Part shown: positions 11,560 through 23,055 of the stretch, one piece after another | How the letters are laid out: every line of letters starts with the position of its first letter | How positions within the stretch are numbered: the first letter of the stretch is position 1 | Assembly (NCBI GenBank): GCA_000388065.2 | Contig: KB932201.1 | Source of the DNA: Fonticula alba ATCC 38817 | Lineage: Eukaryota > Protista > Nucleariida | Length of the DNA: 64,000 nt | Strand: one strand, 5' to 3' | The notes under the pieces: model-generated | What the model was told of the DNA's origin: nothing | The model's database searches: none | Seen by the model: the letters and a program-made list of their open reading frames with translations, nothing else | Program-made: the position numbers and the translations under genes

Positions 11560-14059
11560 CTAGTGCGCCGGGTGGCGGAGCTGGTAGCGCTGGGGCTGGA
11601 GGATCTTCTCGACGATGGTGTCCACCAGGTTGTCGAGGGTGTCCTTGAGAGTGCGCCGCTCGATGTCCACCTGCTCCGGCGCCACGGACGCCGAGGAGGA
11701 GATCTCCGAGTAGTACTTGAGCTTGGGCTCGGTGCCGGAGGCCCGGAGAGTGACCACGGCGCCGGCCGGCTCGGCAAAGCGCAGGGTGATCATCATGGCC
11801 GAATGGTCCAGCGGCAGGCGCGACTGGTTGCCCGCCTCGGCGGTGTCCACCCCGAGGGACACATCACGGACCGAGGCCACGCGGAAGGGCGTACCCTCGA
11901 AGACCGTGTCGAAGGGGGCGCTCCGGCGGGCGCGCTTGGCCGAGGGGGCCACATTCTGTGCGGGAGAATGGACACAGGTGGGGAGTCAGAGGCGAAGGCC
12001 GAAGGCCCGTCCAGGGAAGGGAGGGACGAGAGCGGGGGAGAGAGAGAGAGAGAGAGGGGGGGGGGCAAGGAGATGGCGGCAAGGACGACGAGCTGGTACA
12101 GCGAGGGGGGGGGGGGAGGGGGGGAGGTGCAGGCGCGTGGCAGAGCAGCACGTACGAACGCCTCCTCCAGGTCGGACTCGGTGGTGACGTAGTCGCCGAG
12201 GCGGCGGATCTCCTCGAAAATGCTCTTGGTGGTGGCCGGAGAGGGGCTGAAGAGGTAGCTGTTGCGGTTGACCACCACACCGTAGAGGGACTCCAGGCGG
12301 CGGAGCTCCGACAGGAGGGTCTTGCCAGAGGCGTAGAGCTGGTGCACCAGCTCGGCAAAGACAACCGCCGCGCTGATGCCGTCCTTCTCCGGGAGATTGG
12401 CGTCCACCATGTAGCCGATGGCCTCCTCATAGGCGAAGAGCACATGGTAGCCGCTGGCCTTGAGCTCGATGGTGCGGTTGCCGAGCCACTTGAAGCCGGT
12501 GAGAGTGGTCTGCAAGCCGAGGCAAAGGGGTGTGGGTCAGTGGATGAAAAGAGGGAGGGGAAGGGAGAACGGGAAGAAGGGGGAGGGGGGAGAGGGGGGA
12601 GAAGGAGAAGACAAAGAAGACAAAGAGGGCGAAGAAGACAAAGAGGGCGAAGAAGACAAAGAGGGCGAAGAGGACAAAGAGGGCGAAGAGGACAAAGAGG
12701 GCGAAGAAGAGAAGGAAACATCAGCGGCAATAGCAGCCACAAGCTCAGGCACGCCCGGCACTTGGGGGAAGTGCGCACCTCTGACAGGAACCCATGATGC
12801 AGGGCAACCTTGTGCAGGATGCCCGAAGACACGGCTGTCGTCAGCATGGCCACCGGCTCCTGGTGGAAGGTGCGCGTGGCGTACAGATGAGCCGCCAGCA
12901 GGAGGCCGATCTCATTGCCGGTGAGCAGGCGCCAGGCGCCGGGGGCGGCCGGAGCGTCGCCGGCCGCGGCAACCGCCGCAGCGACGGCCGCATTCTCCGG
13001 CCCGGCCGGCAGGCGGACCGCCACGCCCAGGCGATCGGCGTCCGGGTCATTGGCCAGGATGACATCGGCCCCGGTGGAGTTGGCCAGGTCGATGGCCATC
13101 TGCAGGGTGCCCTTGCCCTCCTCGGGGTTGGGGTACTGCACGGTGGGGAAGTCCGGGTTCGGCTGGGCCTGCTCGGCCACGGAAATGACCGCCGGCAGGA
13201 GGGTCCGCTCAAAGGCCATGTCCAGGTAGCGCTGGCCGACGCCATGCAGGGCGGTGTACACGATCCGAGCCTCGGACGTGGGCATCGGCTCGTACGGCAG
13301 CTCGAGCGAGCCGCGCCGGCGCAGGTGCGAGCAGCGCACCAAGTTGTCCATGTACGCGTCGATCAGGTGGCCCGGGTCGTGGCACAGGAGCGACGTGCGC
13401 CAAATGTCCGAGTCCCAGTGCCGGGGACGCAGGTCGGACAGGATGAACTCGGTGATCTTCTCATCGGCCGGGGCGACGATCTGGGTGCCGATGCTGGAGT
13501 ACACCTTGTAGCCGTTGTCCTGCTTCGGGTTGTGCGAGGCGGTGATCATGATGCCGGCCGCGGCGCCGAGGTGGCGCACGGCGAAGGGCTTCGTGGCCAT
13601 CGGGGGGGGGGGGGGGGGGGGGCGGGGGCGGGGAGGATGTTTGTGTTCATGGGTGTAGTGTCAGCAGGCTGGGCACAGGACGAGGCTCGCTATCAAACAC
13701 CGACCACATACCACCATCGGCGTGTGAACAACGGTGCGGAAGAGGTGGACCGGGATGTTCTCGCGGAGGAAGACACCGGCCGACAGGTGGGCGAACGACA
13801 GCGACCCATGGCGGTGGTCGTGGCCAATGACGACACCCATGTCGCGGAGAATCTGCGGCCCATGGATCTTGGACAGGTAGCGCAGGTAGCCCTGGGTGGT
13901 CTGGATGATGACCAGGTCGTTGAGGCGCGAGAAGCCAGCGCCGACGGACGCCCGGAGCCCGGCCGTGCCGAAGGACACCCGGGTGGTGAGAAGCTGGTCC
14001 AGCTTGGCCCAGTCGCCGGCAGCACGCAGGTCGGCGATCTCGTCGCGAGTGGCAGGGCA
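11560..14059 (-). CDS. PGM2: Phosphoglucomutase-2 / phosphopentomutase family (PGM2/PGM2L1/Prm15-like); first exon lost in gap 14182..14231
   Basis: join(<14059..13712,13588..12779,12509..12156,11955..11560). Motifs: FGTAGLR, catalytic IMITASHNPKQDNGYKVY, metal loop NDPDADR, TGFKW, FAYEEAIGY, LRASGTEPKLKYY. Confidence 0.95.
12613..12710. repeat. 18-bp minisatellite (GAAGAAGACAAAGAGGGC) x~5 in PGM2 intron 12510..12778
   Basis: Units start at 12613, 12631, 12649, 12667 and 12685, with single-base variants. Confidence 0.95.
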
Positions 14060-14231
14060 CTATGCAGCACAGGGGGCGGGGGGGGGAGAAATGATGGCAA
14101 GGGGATGGGCGCGTGCATGCGGGCGACCGGGGCACAGTCAGTCGAATGGAAGAAGCGACAGGGGGAGGAACAAGAGGAGGANNNNNNNNNNNNNNNNNNN
14201 NNNNNNNNNNNNNNNNNNNNNNNNNNNNNNN

Positions 14232-14575
14232 CCGGGCCTTCCTCAACAGCATGCCCTTCCCCATGCGCATGCTCTTCACGTGGATGACCTGGATGGAGAT
14301 GGCCTGCAACTTCGCCGACCTGGTCATCTGCCCCTCCAAGCCTATGATGAACATCCTGCGCGACATCGGCATGCGCTGCGAGGACATCTGGCCCCCGGCC
14401 GTGGACATCCAGCAGTTCAGCCCGTCCTACTATGACCATGACCTGCGCTCGAAGGTGCGTGCCTCGCCGAGGGCGCGCCGTCCACGATGCTGCTCCTCCC
14501 CAGTCAGTGGTAGGGACTAACCCAACCTCCCCTGCCTCTGCTGCCCTTTGTGCCCCTCCTTGCCCGCACGCCCGC

Positions 14576-14629
<54 letters not shown>

Positions 14630-15648
14630 CTAGTTCACCTTCGGCAACCCGGACAAGCCCCTGGTCATCTACATTGGCCGTGTGGCCCCGGAGAAGAACA
14701 TGGACGCCCTGAACCGCATCCTCGAGCGCTTCCCCGATGCCTACCTCGCCATCATCGGCAAGGGCCCGGATGCCCCCAAGTGGGCCCGCCTGCATGGCAA
14801 GGAGAACCGCATCTTCTGCACCAATGCCCACTACCATGGCGAGACCCTGAGCAAGGCCTTCGCCGTGGCCGATGTCTTCGTCCTCCCTTCGGAGTTCGAG
14901 ACCCTGGGCAATGTGGTCCTCGAGTCCATGGCCTCCGGTGTGCCGGTGGTTGGCTGCAATGCCGGCGGCATCCCCCACATGCTCTCCAACGAGAAGACCG
15001 GCCTGCTCTTCGAGCCAGGCGACCTGGACGGCATGTGCGAGGCCGTGGGCCGGGTGCGTGCAATACCGAGGCCGAGAGCGCCGGTCGGAGGGGGAGGGGC
15101 CGAGGGGGGGCCACTCGCCAGCGCGTCCGCCCCTGGCCGGCCTCCCCCCCCCCCGCCCCCGCCCCTCGCCCTTCCCCCTGATCCACGGGCATCATGCCCC
15201 ATGTGACATCCTTACTGATCCTCCTCCCCCTCCCCGCCACCCAAAGATCATCTATGATCGCGAGCTCCGTGAGCGCTTCAAGCAGGCCGGCCTCGAGTAC
15301 ACCTCCAACAAGAGCTGGCGCCATGCCTCCGAGTATGTGGTCGCCCTCTATGAGAAGTGCATCCGTCGCCATGGGAAGCTGGTCCCCGGGGTGAACGCCC
15401 CGCCGGAGCCGGTGTACGACGTCGGCCCCATCTTCGTGGACCCGATGATCGGCGTGGCCCCGCGCCCCGGCAGCGAGGGCGCCCGCATCGACGCCCTGGC
15501 CAGCGCCGGCACCGCGTCCACCGTGGTGGACACTCGCAGCGGCGGCCCCTTCGGCATGCGGTCCATGCTCCCCTGGCTGCTGAGTGTCATGTTCGGTGTG
15601 CTGGTCTTCGTCTTTGTCCGCTTCAACCAGGCCTCCAACAACCCGTAG
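14232..15648 (+). CDS. GT4 glycosyltransferase, SQD2/SqdX-like: 3' part (partial exon 3, exon 4, exon 5) with C-terminal TM
   Basis: Exons <14232..14454, 14634..15053 and 15247..15648. Motifs FGNPDKPLVIYIGRVAPEK, DVFVLPSEFETLGNVVLESMASGVPVV (E-x7-E) and AGGIP...KTGLLFEPGD closely parallel plant SQD2. Ends MLPWLLSVMFGVLVFVFVRFNQASNNP*. Confidence 0.85.
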
Positions 15649-16393
15649 GCGAGGGGCCTGCCCACCGTCGACAGCGTCCCCGCCCCCCCTCCGCCGCCGT
15701 CACACCCACCCCAGAGAGCCTGTCTTCCTCTCCCCCACCGCAATGTGCGCGCGCTGCCCGGCGTGGGTCTCCCCGCGACCGACTCGCCGTGCATCCTCCT
15801 CCTCCTCCTCCTCTCTCTCCTTGTGTTTCTCCCCCTCCCCTCTCTCTCCCTCTCTCTCTTTCTCGCCCTCCGCCCCTCGCCCTGGTTAGCTATCTCGTGG
15901 CATGTGTGTGAATGTGTGTGTATGCGTGTGACTCTCTCCCTCTCTGTCGCTGTCACCCACGCGCCATGGGCACGCGCGCCCGCCCCGCGCTTGGCCCCCG
16001 GGGGCGGGAGGCCGCCCCGGGCGGGTCTCCAGGCCGTGACCCCCGGCCGCGGTCCATCGTCACTTACGGCCCCCCCGCCCCCTCATGTTCCCCGGCGCGC
16101 CGCCCTGCCCGGGGTCATGGCCATCGGCTGGAACCCCCCTGCCGCCGCGGAGCCGCCAGCGTCGCAGACCCCATCCCCGCTCGCTGACGATCATGTATCT
16201 CCCCCTCTCCCTCTCCCTCTCCCCCTCGCCTCGCCTCGCCTCTGCCCCGGTCCCCTTCTTGCCACTGCCTGCCCCTCCCCTCTGACACCCACACCCACTC
16301 CCCGTCCACCCTCTCGCCCCTTCCCCGCGGCCGGCACGGCGGTGCTCCTGCAGTTGAGTGTGTTTGGTTTGTCGCTCGCCCGCAGCTCGCATC

Positions 16394-17387
16394 ATGAGAG
16401 TCCTCCTCTACTCCACGGCCATCTACCCGAAGGTTGACGGCGTTGCCAACCGCGTCAAGCACCACATTCGCGCGCTGGTGGTACGCCCTCCCGCCCCCCC
16501 CTCCCCCCCCCTCCACATCCTATGCCCAGCTGACGAGAGGCACGCCATGTCCCGCGACTTGCTCGGCCTTTCCCCTCTGACACCGCCCGATGCCGGCCGC
16601 ACGCCGCGCCACAGGCCCTCGGTCATCAAGTCCTGGTCCTCTGCCCGTACGACTCGGCCCCCTCGCTGTACGAGGGTGCGCAGGTCCTCCGCCTGCCGGC
16701 CTTCGTGCCGCTGGACTACGATGAGTCCCAGCTGTCGTACCCCTTCCCGCTGATGACTCTGAACCGGGTGTTCCGCGAGTTCCGCCCTGATATCATCCAC
16801 TTCATCGGGCCGGAGTTTGTCCTGATCCCCTTCCTGCTGCTTTCGCGCGTACGTGCCGGCCGCGTGTGCCCCCTTGCCTTGGCCCTTCTCCGCCGCCCCC
16901 CCCCCTTCCCTCCTTCCCCCCCAGTGCGCGGGAATGGGGCCCACACACCGCTCACACACCGCTCACACACACACACACACACGCACACACACAATTGCAC
17001 AGTACTACAAGGTCCCGATTCTGGTGTCCTACCACTTCTACGTCCGGGCCTTCCTCAACAGCATGCCCTTCCCCATGCGCATGCTCTTCACGTGGATGAC
17101 CTGGATGGAGATGGCCTGCAACTTCGCCGACCTGGTCATCTGCCCCTCCAAGCCTATGATGAACATCCTGCGCGACATCGGCATGCGCTGCGAGGACATC
17201 TGGCCCCCGGCCGTGGACATCCAGCAGTTCAGCCCGTCCTACTATGACCATGACCTGCGCTCGAAGGTGCGTGCCTCGCCGAGGGCGCGCCGTCCACGAT
17301 GCTGCTCCTCCCCAGTCAGTGGTAGGGACTAACCCAACCTCCCCTGCCTCTGCTGCCCTTTGTGCCCCTCCTTGCCCGCACGCCCGC

Positions 17388-17441
<54 letters not shown>

Positions 17442-17489
17442 CTAGTTCACCTTCGGCAACCCGGACAAGCCCCTGGTCATCTACATTGG
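16394..17489 (+). CDS. GT4 glycosyltransferase, SQD2/SqdX-like: 5' part (exons 1-3 and start of exon 4), truncated by gap
   Basis: Exons 16394..16480, 16615..16848, 17003..17266 and 17446..>17489. MRVLLYSTAIYPKVDGVANRVKHHIRALVALGHQVLV...FRPDIIH...VPILVSYH is a GT-B N-terminal Rossmann domain. Joined with the 3' part it gives 468 aa. Confidence 0.85.
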
Positions 17490-17850
17490 NNNNNNNNNNN
17501 NNNNNNNNNNNNNNNNNNNNNNNNNNNNNNNNNNNNNNNNNNNNNNNNNNNNNNNNNNNNNNNNNNNNNNNNNNNNNNNNNNNNCCCCCCCCCCCCCCCC
17601 CGAGCCCCCTCCCATATGTCGCCCTGTGAGTGTGTCCATATCCGAGCCCATGCCCCCACTGTGGTGTGCCCTACCATGTGCCCGGTGCCCCGTGTGACGG
17701 CGCACATCTGCACGCACATTTCGCATCCCGCGATACGCCCGCCGCGCGCTGGGGGCGGGCCTCTTTCTCCCTCCGCCCCCCCCCCTCCCCCCCTCTCCCC
17801 TCAATGCCTGAGCCCCCGGTGAATGGGCACTTGCGTTCAAGTCAGACCAA

Positions 17851-17860
17851 CTGCCAATCA
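17851..17860. promoter_or_regulatory. Possible CCAAT (NF-Y/HAP) box upstream of KRR1
   Basis: tgCCAATca lies in an AT-richer patch about 690 bp upstream of the KRR1 ATG. Motif match only. Confidence 0.25.
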
Positions 17861-18540
17861 AATAGATGAATAACATTCTGTCTGTCACGTGTGGTGTGTC
17901 CATGTCACGACGCTCTCCTGATCACCGCATGGTTGTCGCCCATCCTCCCCAATCTGTCCTCCCTCCGGGGAGGGGGGCGCGCGCGCGGGGGGATGGCGGG
18001 GTGTCTCTTTCTTTGTTCGGGGTCTTTCGCCTTTCTCCGTCCTCCCTGGCTTCCGCGGCACGCGGCGCACGGCGGCACGCACATGGGCCCCGGCGGGGCG
18101 GCTTGGCCGTTCGGCATTCGAGAATCCGACCGCAGCCCAGTGTCACAGGCCGTGGAGGGGGGGGGGCGTGCGGGCGCGAGGTCGGGCGATGGCCGTTCGG
18201 CCACGCGCCACGCATCCATCCCGGGTGGTGGGAGCCGATGCGCCAGGACCGAGGAAGCCCTGGCGGAGGATCGCACCCATGCAGCCCACGCGTGGTCCCC
18301 CCCCGGGCCTTCCTCAACAGCATGCCCTTCCCCATGCNNNNNNNNNNNNNNNNNNNNNNNNNNNNNNNNNNNNNNNNNNNNNNNNNNNNNNNNNNNNNNN
18401 NNNNNNNNNNNNNNNNNNNNNNNNNNNNNNNNNNNNNNNNNNNNNNNNNNNNNNNNNNNNNNNNNNNNNNNNNNNNNCCCCCCCCGTCTCTCCTTTCCCC
18501 GTCATTGTTGCCACCTTCGCCACCGTTCGTCAGTCGCACC

Positions 18541-20580
<2,040 letters not shown>

Positions 20581-21476
20581 GGGAGAGAAGGAGCAGCCCG
20601 GCCGTGTGAGGGGCCGGGAGGGCTGTTACGAGCCCTCCCGGGCCCTCTGCGCCCGCCCTCCGGCCGCCGCTTGCCGCTGTGTCTGGCAGCACGGCCTACC
20701 CTGCAGCCGGCCGGCGCCGCCCGGCCATTGCCTCACAGAGTGCGCTTGTGTGCACATACCCACGCACACATACCCAAGCACGCGCACAAGAAAAAACACA
20801 CACATAGCATTTGCACAAAGGCAGGCGTGTCTGGCGCTGCCGCCCCCCCCCCCTCTCTCTCCCTGTCGAGGGCCAGCCCATCCTCTCCTGTCCCCTCCTC
20901 CTCCTCTCGGGCGCCAGAGAGAGAGAGCGAGAGAGGGAGGGGCGGGGGGTGGGCGAGAAAATACACACTGAATTGCCCCCCTGAATGGGTGATCGTTGGC
21001 AGATCGCCCGTGCCGTCGTTCTCGGTCGGGGAAAGCTCGCTCAACGAGCGGGCGGGCGGACGAGCGAGAGAGAAAGAAAGGGCGGCGGGGCGAATGGGAA
21101 CAGAGGGAGGGAGACCCCTCACCACAGGGGAGAAAAGGAGCTGCGGCGCGAATAAGAGGTCTCTGGGGGGGGGGGGGGCAGGAGGGGGAGAAATGCCCCC
21201 CCGCCCCGCGGGCGTGCCTGACAGGGAGGGGGCCGGGCGGCTGACCTGCCCAGGCGAAGCCAGCGCCCGGGGCTTGAACTCTGTGTTTGTTTGCTTTTTC
21301 ACCGGCACGAGAGGACCCGCCCCAGGGTCTGTTGGGCGACCCCGCGGCGCATGCATGCCTGCCCGTCTGCCTTCTCCCCCAGCGCCCTTTCCCCTCCCCC
21401 CTGCCCTCCTGCCTCCCTGTATTCCATCCATCCCCCTGCGTCCCCGCCTCCTCCCCCCCTCCGCTGGTTGTCAGCC

Positions 21477-21731
21477 ATGACCGAGGCATTTCCTCTGTCG
21501 AGGTTTCCGCCCTCCACGCCGGCCGGCATGCCGATCGCCAAGCCCTCGGCCTCGCTTCGGGAAACCATCATCCGCTTGGCTCTGCTCTGTGTGAGCATCA
21601 TCATGAATGGGTCATTCTTCATTCGTTCGGAGGATCGCGGCGGTCCGGCCAGCGTGTGGAAGAAGGCTGCCATTGTTGCCGCCGCGGCCAGCATCCTGCT
21701 CGCCATCAGGCGCGCAAATGGGGCTGCCTAA
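21477..21731 (+). CDS. Candidate 84-aa microprotein with two hydrophobic segments
   Basis: MTEAFPLSRFPPSTPAGMPIAKPSASLRETIIRLALLCVSIIMNGSFFIRSEDRGGPASVWKKAAIVAAAASILLAIRRANGAA*. The start context is gccATG, third positions are mostly G/C, and the flanks are C/T-rich on the sense strand like other + genes. Confidence 0.4.
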   Translation: MTEAFPLSRFPPSTPAGMPIAKPSASLRETIIRLALLCVSIIMNGSFFIRSEDRGGPASVWKKAAIVAAAASILLAIRRANGAA

Positions 21732-22270
21732 GTCCACGTAAGGGCCGTCCCTCCCCCCCCCCCCCTCCCCCCTTTGCCTCGCCTTACCACCTTGGGTGCT
21801 GGTTCTCTTGGGCCGCGCGCCGTCGGCTGCCACCACATCTCGAGCGGACAGATGAACACGACCCCAAGCCCCCCAAAAAGAGGAGACACACATCCACACC
21901 CGCACAGGCAGAAGAGCACTCAACTCGGCAGGGTGGGACACAGCCGCCATGGACCAGAGGGAAAGGAGGGGGGGGGGGCAGGGGAAGGCACGTGTGGAAT
22001 GCTCCATTCTAGGTGACAATGTGCGAATCGACAACGGCAGAGGCCGGTCTTCTGGGGGGAAGAGAGGGAGGGAGGAGGTGACGCTACGCAGCCGGCGCCC
22101 GGGTGTGACTGAGGGAACCTGGCGCACGGTGGCAATGCCACCACAAGGGCAGAAGGACAGAGACAAGGGGGGAAGGGAGGGGGGGGGGGAGAGAGAGAGA
22201 GAGAGGGAAAAAAACGAGGGAGGTGGGGAAGGGCCAGCACGGCGGAGTCCAAACACCATGGCCATCTCTC

Positions 22271-23020
22271 TCACCGGAGATTGATCACCACAAAGGAGGC
22301 CTGACTGATGTCCTGAACCGGGGGAACACCAGACGCGGGGCCGGACGCCAAGGCTCCATCAGCGATGCCGGTGCCGGCGTCGGCGGCCGAAAGCGCGGGC
22401 GATGACGGCTCCGACCCACCGACCGAGGAGGATGCCACCGAGGGAGCCGGGGTGACGACCTGAGGCCCAGTCGGGAGGGCGCCCGTGGAAACCGGTGCGG
22501 GCCCCGAAGCCGGCCCGGCGGCCACCGGCGACACGCCGCCCGAGGCCGGGGTGGAAGGGACACCACCGGCGGCCGCGGCAGGCGCCGCCGCCGCCGCCGC
22601 CACCGCGCCGCCCCCAACCGAAGCACTGGCAGACTCGGTGCCACTGGCACCGGAATCCGCATGGCCGATGATCTCAACGACAAAGTCCTGCTCGTCCTCG
22701 AAGCTCTCGATCATGCGGTCGTCCACCTGCACGGTGAGCCCCTTCCGGGTGATGCGGTTGATCGACTGGATGGGCGGCAGGAGCTCGTAGCGCTCGGAGA
22801 TCTTCCGCCGGAGGTCGTCCAGCGTCAGGCGCTCAAGGAAGATGGCATTGTACACCTGGTCGCCGGAACGCTTCAGCAGAAGACAGAGAACCGGGCGCTT
22901 CTTGCGACCGAGGCCGCCGCCGACGCCGGTCGGAGCGTCGGCATCCAGGGCCAGATCCCCAATGCCGGAGAGGTCAAGGCTTCGGCGCTGTGGCACAACG
23001 CAAGCGCACACACACACACA

Positions 23021-23055
<35 letters not shown>

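Larger units (their letters stand above)
14232..17489. repeat. 446-bp identical terminal direct repeat (14232..14677 = 17044..17489; period 2812 bp); a third 35-bp fragment at 18303..18337
   Basis: The sequence is identical, including the (CA)n length, at constant offset 2812. Both ends abut N-gaps. Confidence 0.95.

Noticed and set aside
12794-14287. Long antisense ORFs opposite real genes (e.g. 12794..14287+, 6456..7865+, 23563..24528+, 34554..36143-, 35240..36352+, 19605..20570-, 61925..63067-)
   Set aside because: They are shadow frames caused by high GC3 on the coding strand, have no recognisable domains, and overlap genes with clear motifs.
16117-16195. Short exon-like ORF MAIGWNPP...ADDH followed by a GT donor upstream of the GT4 gene
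   Set aside because: No downstream acceptor joins it in frame to the GT4 ATG; at most it is a uORF in a spliced 5'UTR.
17830-17850. B-box-like GTTCAAGTC suggesting a tRNA or SINE
   Set aside because: There is no T-stem pairing, A box or cloverleaf.
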